Numbered from the stretch's first letter, positions 21,413 through 30,538 are shown. The stretch: 64,000 nucleotides of DNA from Candidatus Heimdallarchaeum aukensis (GCA_021513695.1 CP084166.1:1568001-1632000); one strand, 5' to 3'. A program made the numbers and translations. Notes: generated by a model not told the origin, from the sequence alone.

Positions 21413-21705
21413 ATGATTTACCTTTTTACGTAAGTTTTTCGCACTCGGTCTTTCAAGGGAGAAAACAGGAGTTTCATCACTTGATAACTCAACCACAACA
21501 TACAATGAAAGGAAACGTGGTTAAGACAGACGTCATACACGAATCGTGGGAATCATAAAGAAGGAAAAGAAAAAAGTAAGAAAGGAGAAAAGAAAGGAGG
21601 TTATCTCCTTCTTTATTCTACTTTCTTTTCTTTCCTTCACTCCACGAGAGACGAAAAAACAAACAAATAATCCTCTAACAAGAGAGAATGTAAGTTTATA
21701 TTTTC
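21413..21705 (-). ncRNA. Candidate TnpB omega-RNA (reRNA) scaffold / right-end region
   Basis: Non-coding segment between the tnpB stop and the element terminus. Blocks are conserved with the paralog (e.g. acatacaatgaa...gacagacRtcatacacgaatcgtgggaatcataaagaag and ttccttcactccacgagagac) despite indels elsewhere. Confidence 0.4.
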
Positions 21706-21707
21706 AT

Positions 21708-23161
21708 CTACTGGGGCTGCAACCAATGGCTGAGCCCTTGGCAAACAGTGAAATGAGTGAGACTAAATTTACGACCAGTGAGTAGATCAGTAATAGTTGT
21801 TGCACGGGGGCGGAAAAGAGAACTAAGGAGCAGACGAGCGATATTCATTGCTCCTGTTAGATCAGAGTGGAAGGTGTAATTGCAAGAGGGACAATAAACT
21901 AACCCTCTAACGGGGCGGGTAACTTTTTTTCCGCAACGGGCACAGTGAGATGATGTTCCTCTTTCCTCTATCGTCAGAATTCGGTGAGAGGGAAAACCTC
22001 TAAGTATTAGTGCACGACGGATAAAAGAAAGAACAAGAGCATAGTTCCACTGGTGAAGTTTTCTTCGTGACTTGCGATTAGTTACTCCCTTATTTTTTTC
22101 TCGTCGAATGTATTTAGGATAACCTATAACAACGAAAAGATTATAGATCCGAGCATAAACCTCTATTGTCCACACGATAGCACTTACAAATTGATTGATA
22201 TACGCTCGTCTGACGTTTCTATACCTCCGACGGAGACGTTTGAGAAAACGGTAAACTTGGTGTTTTTTACCCGATTGGTCGTTTAAAGCTGCTTTCCTCT
22301 GAAGACGGGAAAGTTTGAGTTTATATCGATGATTAACTTTATTCCACTGTTTGGTATACTAGAACTTTATTTCTTTACTTGTTACCTTCTTTTTCGGGGT
22401 CAGTAGCACTTCTACCGCAGGAATGTTTATCCCTAGATCTATTCCCAGCACAGCTGGGGGAAGAAAAGAAGAGTCAGAAGAAAGATTATCTCCCTGAAGG
22501 AAAGAAGAAGGAAGAACTTTTGAATGAAAATATATCCACCATTCACGTGTAGAACGTTTGTATCTTATTTCTAAACTTTTTACTCTTTCTTTAATTCTTT
22601 TTGATGAAACTCGCTCATCTCTAAAGGTAACCACAATCGCTGATGAAAACGTGTTTTTCTTTTCCACCTATCTAACGAGTCTCGTATTCCTACCCACCAA
22701 CGAGAAAGAGTGTTATTCTTATCTTTTGGTAGATGGACGAGGATGAACCTTTTTTTATTAATTAATTGTCTTCTTGCTCTCTTTCTTGGAGGACGAGTAT
22801 TGTTAGGTCTATATCCTTGCTCATATAGTTGCACAGCTATATCTCTACATTCTTGAAACTCATCGTGAGAACAATAGGGAAACATTTTCTTCATATCGTG
22901 AGGAACAGTCGTTCTTCTTTCTTCCTCTTTTTTTACTCTCGAGGTCGTTAATGTCAATTCGTCTAATTTTCCTTTATGTACTTTTATTTTCCCTTCTTTT
23001 GCTTTAATACCTATTTTTTTTCTGTTATGGTGTATAATTCTCACATACTTTTCTATTATTCTAGTATCTCTCCCCGTTATTCTCCTTAACTTTTCTTTTT
23101 TTCTCGTCGTCAATACTTCATTCTTCACTCTCACCTTTAACGTTTTGACGACGTCCTCCAT
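21708..23161 (-). pseudogene. tnpB: tnpB pseudogene (frameshifted; fragments 22580-23161, 22359-22667, 21708-22175)
   Basis: Three ORF fragments in different frames together cover the 484-aa intact paralog, from the N-terminus MEDVVKTLKVRVKNEV... to the C-terminus ...HCARCGKKV...CPSCNYTFHSDLTGAMNIA. At least two frameshifts were seen. Confidence 0.75.
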
Positions 23162-23240
23162 CCTTTTTTTCTCCTCTTATTTTACTCTCTCTTTTTTTCT
23201 ATTTTTTTCTCTTCTTTTACTTCTTCTCTTCCTCATTATA

Positions 23241-23260
23241 CTTTTTTTCCCTATAAAAAG
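23241..23260 (-). promoter_or_regulatory. Candidate TATA box for tnpB inside the left end (reads TTTTTATAGGG on the coding strand)
   Basis: The motif ctttttttccctataaaaag is conserved in both paralogous elements (also 34681-34698). A related tttttttcctatataaa lies upstream of the third tnpB (63559-63578). Confidence 0.3.
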
Positions 23261-23329
23261 TCCTTTCTTTTCTTTTTTTCTCATTATTCTTCCTCAATTT
23301 TTATATAAAGTTATGTAAAATAGTAAATC

Positions 23330-24130
23330 ATGGCTACAATGGAAAAACAAAAAGATAATGAATTTGAGCAAATTGATCTTGAAAAATTGAAAGAAGAAAA
23401 GAAAATATCAGAAGATAAGCTTAAGCTTATTGAAGCCAGTATTAAGGGATTAAAAGTTTCAGAAGAAGAACTGAAGTCCACGAAACCTATTGTTAGAGAA
23501 GAAGCAAGATTAGAACTAACAGAAGACACAAAGACGAAGCTAATTAAAGAATTTGAGCAAAGTTTACCTGATTGGGTTAACAAGCCTTGGATGTATGTCA
23601 CCCCAAAAAAGGCAAATCAAGTTGAGTCTTGGTTAGACAGTTGGTCATCAGTCATGCTTGATTATACAAAGAAATTTGTTATTCATATTGTTAATGTCAA
23701 TTCTCTTAGAGAAACTTATCCTTTTTGTAATAAGAAAATAAGAAAAGAACTTACCATCGATCAAATTCGTGATATCATCGATTTTCTTGAAACAAAGGGT
23801 TTTGCTCTTTGGATAAATGATAGGACAAAATTCTTTGAGAAACTTTTTGCAAAGATACTTGGAAAACCTTTAACAAAAAAGATCCGTGCAAAGATAGAAT
23901 GGAAAACAAAAGAAGAATTTGCTGAAGATTTACTTAAATGGATGATTGAAACCGGTAGAGTAGTTGAAGTTCACTCTTTATATGATTTAACAAAATATGA
24001 ACAACCCTGGTCTTCTTTACCTTCAGATGATTTAATCCATGTATGCAATTTACTCGTAGAAAAAGGTTCTGCTAGATGGTTAAATAGAGAAAGAACTATA
24101 ATTTCCTTTGAAGCAACAAAGGTATTCTAA
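23330..24130 (+). CDS. ESCRT-II Vps25-like protein (tandem winged helix) with an N-terminal charged coiled-coil extension
   Basis: PFCNKKIRKELTIDQIRDIIDFLETKGFALWINDRTKFFEKLF matches the Vps25 WH1 pattern (LF.N..I.R.L....I..IL..L...G.AEW). The second WH is GRVVEVHSLYDL...LIHVCNLLVEKGSARWLN. The annotated ATG overlaps the IS terminus; the real start may be the next Met. Confidence 0.65.
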   Translation: MATMEKQKDNEFEQIDLEKLKEEKKISEDKLKLIEASIKGLKVSEEELKSTKPIVREEARLELTEDTKTKLIKEFEQSLPDWVNKPWMYVTPKKANQVESWLDSWSSVMLDYTKKFVIHIVNVNSLRETYPFCNKKIRKELTIDQIRDIIDFLETKGFALWINDRTKFFEKLFAKILGKPLTKKIRAKIEWKTKEEFAEDLLKWMIETGRVVEVHSLYDLTKYEQPWSSLPSDDLIHVCNLLVEKGSARWLNRERTIISFEATKVF

Positions 24131-24183
24131 CTTTAATTTTTATTTTAATTTTATTTATTTACTATTTTTTGTGATGTAATGCT

Positions 24184-24621
24184 ATGTTTAAAAATTATAT
24201 ATTGAATAGACTTTTGAGATTTATGTCTTTAGACGATGAAGAATTACAAAGGATTCGAGAAAAAAAGGCACAACAACTTAGGCAAATTTTAGAACAGAGA
24301 AAATCAAAAATGGAACAACTTAAACAAGAGGAAACAGCGCCAAAAAGCATTACAAAAGAGGACAAGTATCGTTTAATGAATTATTTTCTAACTGATGACG
24401 CTTTTTCTTATTGGAAGAGTCTATATGAAAATCCACAAAAGCATAATACAGCAGAAACAATTTTCATTAATTTGCTCTATCTGATTAAGATTGGTTTTAT
24501 GGAAGGAAAACTTATCTCTCTTCTAGGAATTAAAAAATTAGAAAGAAAAATAGATAATATTCCTTCTAAAATCACAATAAAGAGAAAAGGAGAAAAAGAA
24601 AGATCCAAAGTTTTGGATTAA
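24184..24621 (+). CDS. PDCD5/TFAR19-like dsDNA-binding family protein
   Basis: LDDEELQRIREKKAQQLRQILEQRKSK... N-terminal helix and a C-terminal ...LLYLIKIGFMEGKLISLLGIKKLERKIDN...ITIKRKGEKE pattern typical of PDCD5-like proteins. Confidence 0.45.
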   Translation: MFKNYILNRLLRFMSLDDEELQRIREKKAQQLRQILEQRKSKMEQLKQEETAPKSITKEDKYRLMNYFLTDDAFSYWKSLYENPQKHNTAETIFINLLYLIKIGFMEGKLISLLGIKKLERKIDNIPSKITIKRKGEKERSKVLD

Positions 24622-24697
24622 TAATTGACTTTTACTTATTAGGTTACATTTATTTAGGATAATGAAAATAAAGTATTAGAAAGGAGCTGATGGATAA

Positions 24698-24934
24698 ATG
24701 AAGTTGAGTATTGTTACCGCAATAGGAGGAGGTCTTTTAGAATTAGATGTTGATAGCCATCAAACAATTGCACAACTTAAAAGAGAAGTTTCAAGAATTA
24801 AAAAGATACCTGCAAATACAGTTATTTTGGTTCATCATGGTCAACAGTTAGATGATGGTGAAACAATTAAGAGTTGCGGATTACAAGAAGGAGATAAACT
24901 CTATCTAATTGCAAGAACAAAAGGTGGACTTTAG
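24698..24934 (+). CDS. Ubiquitin-like beta-grasp protein with C-terminal Gly-Gly
   Basis: 78 aa, ends ...ARTKGGL. Embedded next to an E1-like gene and ESCRT genes. Confidence 0.75.
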   Translation: MKLSIVTAIGGGLLELDVDSHQTIAQLKREVSRIKKIPANTVILVHHGQQLDDGETIKSCGLQEGDKLYLIARTKGGL

Positions 24935-25009
24935 CTTTTCTATTTCAAAATTTTTTTAGAAGAATAGAAACTGTTTTATTACTTCTAAAAGATATTTTTG
25001 TGAAAGTGG

Positions 25010-26014
25010 ATGTCTAAAGAAGGTAGATATGCGAGACAGACTCTCATACCTGGTTGGAATCAGAAGAAACTCAACAAATCAACAGTTATTATTGTTGGTG
25101 TGGGAGCAATTGGATCATATGTATCAACGATTTTAGCTTCTTCAGGAGTAAAAAATCTCATTCTAATTGATTTTGATACTATTGAAATCTCTAATCTTAA
25201 TCGTCAATTACTATTTCGGGATGGAGATATTGGAAAATCCAAATCTGAAATTGCAGCTATGCGATTATCGGAACTAAATCCAGATATTAACATTACCTTT
25301 CATCATAAGAAGATGCAAGATTTACCTATTTCTATTTACAAAAAAGCAGATGTCATTGTGGCTTGTCTTGATACCTTCATTGGAAGAAGATGGATAAATT
25401 CACTTGCTGTAAAAATAAACAAACCTTTAATTTTAGGTGGAATGTTTGCTTTTCTAGGAGATGTTCAAGTTGTTTTACCAAAAAAAACTGCTTGCTTTGA
25501 TTGTCAACCTTTAGTTGCAGAAAGAGAACTTGCGCAAGCTTGTACTCCATTCGGAGAAGAAAGGAAGAAAAACAGAGAAGAAAAAGAGGATGAAGCGAAA
25601 TTACCATCTGTAGCCACATTGTCTGCGATTATCGGAGGAATTATGGCACAAGAAGCCTTAAAACTTCTTTTAGACATAGGTGAACCAATCAAGAATTATC
25701 TTTTCTATGATGGATTACATAATGCAACAACAATAATTGAACTTGCAAGAAGAAAAAAAGATTGTCCAACTTGTGGAGAACTATATGAGTTGGAACAAGT
25801 CGAATTTGTGGTAAATAAAGATAATACCGTCAAAGAACTATTAATCCAATTAGGTTTACAATTCGGACTTGAGAGCCCAGACATTATGATTAAAGGGAGG
25901 ATACTCCCTCACGATTCAAAAATCCAAGAACTAGGTATAAAAAATAACATGAAGGTTTTTGTAATGGACAAAAATTTAGCTTCACCAATCAAGTTAAAGT
26001 TAAAGATTGAGTGA
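25010..26014 (+). CDS. E1-like ubiquitin-activating enzyme (ThiF/MoeB/UBA family) with a C-terminal beta-grasp-like tail
   Basis: Rossmann nucleotide motif VGVGAIGSYV, ...LIDFDTIEISNLNRQ..., zinc knuckles CFDCQ and CPTCG, and a candidate catalytic Cys in a QACTP context. Confidence 0.85.
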   Translation: MSKEGRYARQTLIPGWNQKKLNKSTVIIVGVGAIGSYVSTILASSGVKNLILIDFDTIEISNLNRQLLFRDGDIGKSKSEIAAMRLSELNPDINITFHHKKMQDLPISIYKKADVIVACLDTFIGRRWINSLAVKINKPLILGGMFAFLGDVQVVLPKKTACFDCQPLVAERELAQACTPFGEERKKNREEKEDEAKLPSVATLSAIIGGIMAQEALKLLLDIGEPIKNYLFYDGLHNATTIIELARRKKDCPTCGELYELEQVEFVVNKDNTVKELLIQLGLQFGLESPDIMIKGRILPHDSKIQELGIKNNMKVFVMDKNLASPIKLKLKIE

Positions 26015-26025
26015 AAAAAGAAAAT

Positions 26026-26751
26026 TTAGGTGTGTGACAGTCCAGGGAAATAATATTTAGTTCCTTCAGCATAGGAACTATCTACTCTTGCTATACCATT
26101 TTCTTCAAAAAATGATAAGCAACGATTAATTCTTTCCTCTGCCCACCCTGTTCTAAGTAATAGATCTTCTTTTGTTACAAATCCTGTTCTTGAAGCAATG
26201 TTTAATATTACATCATGGTCGGGACTGAATTCAACAGGAGCAAATTCTACTAGTTTCACTCCAGATTCTAAAACTTTGAAAGGTGGAATTAATTTTGAAT
26301 TTATGAGTTTCTCTAATGAACGATACAAGTCATCAATTGTAACTAGTTTTCCAGGTCTAGTTTTATTTAATTGGGTAAACAATTCACCTACAGACATTAT
26401 ACCTCCATTTTCTTCTATAAGTTTTTGACCCAAATCCATGATTTCGTTTGCTAAAACATCATAGAAACCTTTTCCTGTTAATCTATCTTTTAGAGTTGGA
26501 GCTTCTTTCCATTCATATCTCCCTATTTCTGTAGGTAAGCCTAGTTCTTCTCGCAGGCCAGCAAGTTTTTCATAATATTCTTTATTTTCAACTATTTTAT
26601 CACCATATTTCTTTTCAAATTTCTTTAGTTGCTTTTTAACTTGTTTAATATTTTCCAACATTTGTTCTAATTCTTTTATCATTAATTCGGCTTCTTTAAC
26701 TTGGAAAGCTGACTTCACTTTTAATTTCTTTTCAATATCTCTTAAGCCCAA
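26026..26751 (-). CDS. ESCRT-II Vps22/Vps36-like (EAP30 family) tandem winged-helix protein
   Basis: GGIMSVGELFTQLNKTRPGKLVTIDDLYRSLEKL and ...TKEDLLLRTGWAEERINRCLSFFEENGIARVD match the EAP30 WH1/WH2 patterns. Confidence 0.75.
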   Translation of the reverse strand: MGLRDIEKKLKVKSAFQVKEAELMIKELEQMLENIKQVKKQLKKFEKKYGDKIVENKEYYEKLAGLREELGLPTEIGRYEWKEAPTLKDRLTGKGFYDVLANEIMDLGQKLIEENGGIMSVGELFTQLNKTRPGKLVTIDDLYRSLEKLINSKLIPPFKVLESGVKLVEFAPVEFSPDHDVILNIASRTGFVTKEDLLLRTGWAEERINRCLSFFEENGIARVDSSYAEGTKYYFPGLSHT

Positions 26752-26823
26752 CTTTAATCACTATTTTTTATTTGTCAGTGAGATATAAAAAATATACTAT
26801 TTAATTTCGCAATTAGCTTAGAG

Positions 26824-27132
26824 TTAAAAAAGGAGAGGAAGTCTTCTAATCCACTCTTTAATTGAATTCATAAGCTTTTTAGATTCATTTGGAGGAAGAA
26901 AAGCTGCTAGTTTGTCTTTATAGTTTTTGTATAGTTTTTGATAAACGCTGTCCATTTCATCAACAATTGAATCATTTACCAAATTGATTTTTTTAACAAG
27001 ATGTTTTATCTCTTCCAACTCTTCTAAGATGTATGAACAGTCAATTTTTATTTCTAAGAGATCCATCAACTCGAATAAACTATCTTTTGCTTTATTATAG
27101 GTATTTTCTAAAGATTTTCTCCTAGAAATCAT
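26824..27132 (-). CDS. Small all-helical protein, candidate Vps28 C-terminal-domain-like ESCRT-I component
   Basis: 102 aa predicted helical bundle, located between the Vps23-like and Vps22/36-like genes on the same strand. Assignment is by context only. Confidence 0.3.
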   Translation of the reverse strand: MISRRKSLENTYNKAKDSLFELMDLLEIKIDCSYILEELEEIKHLVKKINLVNDSIVDEMDSVYQKLYKNYKDKLAAFLPPNESKKLMNSIKEWIRRLPLLF

Positions 27133-27168
27133 GTTTACTCCTCTAAAAAGGCTGGATAAAAGATAGGA

Positions 27169-28638
27169 CTACATATCTTTTAAAATTCGTCTAAATTCGT
27201 TTAACCATCTTGATGCTTGGAATTCTAGTTTTTCACAATCGTCTTCATTTATTATTTCACTTGGTTTATAATTTGAAAGAATGTCTTTCCAGTTTTTCAT
27301 ATCGCTGAGCATCCAATGATCTTGCGGAATAGATGGAAACGAGTGCAAAACATGAATTAGCTCTTCTACGTCAGCCAACAGCAAATCAGCTCGTGCGACT
27401 GATTTAAGCCTTGTTAGATCAATTAATTCAATTGCAGCTGAAACAAAATCAGCTGTTTTTACAGGCATTTTCTTTAAGGATTCAAATGGTATCATTTCAA
27501 CATCTTTAGTTCCAGTTCCTTCAGCCATTTGTAGCAATCTCATTCCTTTGTCAAATCTATTTAGCAGATTTTCTTGCTCTATAAACGAATCGAGATCAAA
27601 TCCACCTAATTGTTCCAGTTTCATTCTTGTTTTGAAAACTGTTCTTATTAGTGATCTTAACTGCTTTTTATATGCAACTTGCTCAATCTCACCATTTTCA
27701 TACCCTCTCGCTAAATTATCTAATGTCACTATTGCTGCATATAAATCAGCTTCAAAATCTAATCTTTTATCTAAATCACTAGGCATTACTTGTCCTCCAA
27801 CATTTTCTAAATAAGCTAATTTTTTATTTGTCTTATAACTTTCCACTGAATATTTTCTATAAAGTTTCAAGTAATCAACACTTGAAAGATCTCCATCATC
27901 AAATTTCTCATTTAATAGCTCTAATAAGTCATTAGATGCTCTTGAACTTGCTTTTAAATCATCGGTTACAGAAATTGTAAGTTCTTTTAATGAATGTGAA
28001 GGCTCAGCTTTCTTGATTAGAGCAGCTCTTTTTTCCTCAATTTGTTTATTTAGTTCGTTTATCTGCTGCTGATACGCTTCTATCTCTGCTTCAATAGTAC
28101 TTTTTTCTATCGATGTTTGACTCCGTTCATTAAAGGATGGTACACTTTGCTTACGTACAGTGTGACGTGAAACTGTTCTTGGTTTCATCGGTTGAACTAC
28201 AGATCTAGACACACTCCTAGCTGTAGACATATGCTTTGTTCTTAATGGTCTTGCAGGAACATTAGCAAATAATCGCCGAATATCATTTATAACTTGATAA
28301 ATATGATAGCGTGGTTTCCATTGAGCGAGTATTTGCAAACTAAGAAAGTCATTGTCGTCAACATTAGGATGATTTACTTTAGGAGTAATTTCAACTTGAG
28401 GAGGAATTCTTGGGAACTCTGGAGAGATATATATTGTAGCATAAACAGTTATCTTCGTTCCTTGAATTATCCCTACAGGGCCTTTCCACTTTCTTAAATT
28501 GCCTCCTACTGGCTCAAATCCTTCAACATTATTATAAATTAATTGCATCTCATTAGCAAGAATCTGATCTAGAGAAATTTGTCTCACCTTTACTCTTCTA
28601 TTATTGTTATAAACTTCAAAGTTTAAAAAATATTGCAT
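27169..28638 (-). CDS. ESCRT-I Vps23/Tsg101-like protein with N-terminal UEV (inactive E2) domain
   Basis: N-terminal UBC fold with an HPN motif (KVNHPNVDDNDF...LQILAQWKPRYHIYQVINDIRRLF) but no catalytic Cys after it, which makes it a UEV domain. Followed by a Pro/Ser-rich linker, a long coiled-coil stalk and a C-terminal helical domain. Confidence 0.7.
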   Translation of the reverse strand: MQYFLNFEVYNNNRRVKVRQISLDQILANEMQLIYNNVEGFEPVGGNLRKWKGPVGIIQGTKITVYATIYISPEFPRIPPQVEITPKVNHPNVDDNDFLSLQILAQWKPRYHIYQVINDIRRLFANVPARPLRTKHMSTARSVSRSVVQPMKPRTVSRHTVRKQSVPSFNERSQTSIEKSTIEAEIEAYQQQINELNKQIEEKRAALIKKAEPSHSLKELTISVTDDLKASSRASNDLLELLNEKFDDGDLSSVDYLKLYRKYSVESYKTNKKLAYLENVGGQVMPSDLDKRLDFEADLYAAIVTLDNLARGYENGEIEQVAYKKQLRSLIRTVFKTRMKLEQLGGFDLDSFIEQENLLNRFDKGMRLLQMAEGTGTKDVEMIPFESLKKMPVKTADFVSAAIELIDLTRLKSVARADLLLADVEELIHVLHSFPSIPQDHWMLSDMKNWKDILSNYKPSEIINEDDCEKLEFQASRWLNEFRRILKDM

Positions 28639-28729
28639 TCAAAAAAAAGAGTCTTTTCTTGAGAAAAAAATATATGAAAAAAAATTGATTATAATTCTAA
28701 ATTACAATAGAACCTAGGAATAAACTCTT

Positions 28730-29272
28730 TTACTTTCTATTTTTGACTAAAAGTGTAGCTAGTTTCACAAATGCTTCTTGAACATGTTCTCCTGTAAGTG
28801 CACTTGTTTTTATGAAATCCAAACTATTGATTTTGTTTTGTAATGATTTACATTCATCATCTGATACAGCAATTTTATCTTCTAAATCATTTTTATTTCC
28901 AACTAAGATGGTAAGGGTGTTCTTTCCACAGTTTTTAACAAGTTCAGAGTTCCATTTCTCTAGATCAGTTAGTGTTGAATTCCTGGTTAAATCGAAAACC
29001 ATCAGTGCTGCTTTTGCTCCTTTAAAGAAAGTATGTCTTATAAACCTAAATCTATCTTGTCCTGCTAGATCCCAAATTGAAAGAGCTACAACTGTATTGT
29101 CCTCTAATGTAACAAATTTCTCACTCGGTTCCATACCTATTGTCATCAGATAACTTTGTTCAAAACGATTATGAACAAAACGTTGTACAAGAGATGTCTT
29201 TCCTACAGCGGCGGCACCTAATAGAAGTATTTTGAAATTGAAATCAGGACGAATTGAACGCATTATTCTCAA
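28730..29272 (-). CDS. Ras-superfamily small GTPase, Rab-like
   Basis: G1 GAAAVGKTSL, G3 WDLAGQDRF (compare Rab WDTAGQERF), G4 GNKNDL, G5 TSAL. 180 aa with no lipidation-style tail inspected. 91 bp upstream of the Vps23-like gene on the same strand. Confidence 0.9.
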   Translation of the reverse strand: MRIMRSIRPDFNFKILLLGAAAVGKTSLVQRFVHNRFEQSYLMTIGMEPSEKFVTLEDNTVVALSIWDLAGQDRFRFIRHTFFKGAKAALMVFDLTRNSTLTDLEKWNSELVKNCGKNTLTILVGNKNDLEDKIAVSDDECKSLQNKINSLDFIKTSALTGEHVQEAFVKLATLLVKNRK

Positions 29273-29275
29273 CTT

Positions 29276-29572
29276 TTACATTTTTTTTGCTTTTACAAGC
29301 TCTTCTTTTAAACTTTTAAGATAGTATGTTTCAAAATTTTCTTCTGCGCGTTTAATAGTAGTAAGAGAAATACAGAGATCTAATATGAATTCATATTGTT
29401 CTTTTTTCTCTTTCTGTGGTTTGAATGCTTTAAATTTTTTTAATAAATACTCGGCTAACTTTGACGCTTCTTTTTTTGTTAATGTTCCTTGCTCATATAA
29501 ATTAATAATTAACTCCATTTTCTCTATAGTAATATCATTGTTAATCTCTTTTAACGACAAAATTTTACTCAT
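29276..29572 (-). CDS. Hypothetical helical protein translationally coupled to the Rab-like GTPase gene
   Basis: 98 aa. Its stop is 3 nt before the GTPase start. Confidence 0.3.
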   Translation of the reverse strand: MSKILSLKEINNDITIEKMELIINLYEQGTLTKKEASKLAEYLLKKFKAFKPQKEKKEQYEFILDLCISLTTIKRAEENFETYYLKSLKEELVKAKKM

Positions 29573-29791
29573 ATGCTATCTATTCATTTTTTTCGGTTAA
29601 TATATGTTTTGCTGTTAAACTGGTTAGAAAATTGCTATCAGGGACTTATAATTAGATCAATAAATCAGATATTATATTTAAAATTGAGTAAGAAATTTCA
29701 ACAAGGATAACCTTTAGAAAAAGATAAAATAACCAAATAACTATTTTTGGGAGAAATATAAATTTAAAAATGGAAAAAAAAAATAATTTTA

Positions 29792-30499
29792 ATGACAAAA
29801 AAAACAATACTTGCTTGTTTTGCCCATCCTGATGATGAATTGGGTTGTGTTGGAACATTAGCAAACCATGCAAAAAATGGAGATAGAGTTGTAATTGCAT
29901 GGACTACTAGTGGTGAGATGGCTTCTTTTTTTGAAGGGATGAGTTTTGAAGAAGTAAAAGATATTAGAGAAAAACAAGGAAGAGAAATCGGTAAAATCAT
30001 AGGAAGTAATGTAGAAACTATTTTCTTAGGTTATGGTGACACAGAAGTCATTCCTACTAGGGAAAATGCTATTAAAATGGCAAAAATAATTGCTAAAATT
30101 AAGCCAGATGCCGTTATTAGTTGGGGATTTAATAATCGACACCCAGATCATAGAGGAACAGTACAATTATTGTATGATGCTATGACATATGCTAGAATCC
30201 CAAGAATAACAAGTCCTGACCCTCCTCACAGACCTCCATTTCATATACCCATGTTCTTATATTATGAGAAAATCAGCCCTTTACGAACAGTTTACGTAGA
30301 TATTAGTGAAACTTATCCTCAGGTAGAAAAAGCGTTTAGACTTTACGCTGATTTCTATGGATGGTCGGTAAGTGATTGGATTCATGTAAGAAGAAGAACA
30401 GATGGAATGGATTGCGGAGTAAAATTCGCAGAGAAATTTAATGTTTTTTCAAGATATGAGCCATATTCATCTTTATTACCAATAAATAATGATGCATAG
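29792..30499 (+). CDS. LmbE/PIG-L family N-acetylglucosaminyl deacetylase
   Basis: CFAHPDDELGCVG and HPDH zinc-binding motifs. Confidence 0.8.
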   Translation: MTKKTILACFAHPDDELGCVGTLANHAKNGDRVVIAWTTSGEMASFFEGMSFEEVKDIREKQGREIGKIIGSNVETIFLGYGDTEVIPTRENAIKMAKIIAKIKPDAVISWGFNNRHPDHRGTVQLLYDAMTYARIPRITSPDPPHRPPFHIPMFLYYEKISPLRTVYVDISETYPQVEKAFRLYADFYGWSVSDWIHVRRRTDGMDCGVKFAEKFNVFSRYEPYSSLLPINNDA

Positions 30500-30538
30500 A
30501 AAAATCTAGAAAAAATCCAGTGCTGATTTACTTTTTTA

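Larger units (their letters stand above)
21413..23331 (-). mobile_element. Degenerate TnpB-only insertion element (IS200/IS605-OrfB type), paralogous to 32913..34803
   Basis: About 85-90% nucleotide identity to the intact copy across the tnpB body and across both non-coding ends. Bounded by the inverted 9-mers ATGATTTAC (21413-21421) and GTAAATCAT (23323-23331). Sits between the vps4 stop (21400) and the vps25-like ATG (23330). Confidence 0.7.

Noticed and set aside
21546-21785. 79-aa + strand ORF with a Lys/Glu-rich translation.
   Set aside because: It falls in the polypurine tract of the TnpB right-end/omega-RNA region and is antisense to the tnpB 3' end. The same tract in the paralogous copy has a different frame structure.
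29652-30000. ORFs 29652..29900 and 29764..30000 on the - strand.
   Set aside because: They overlap the promoter and 5' end of the well-supported LmbE-family gene on the + strand. Hydrophobic low-complexity translation.
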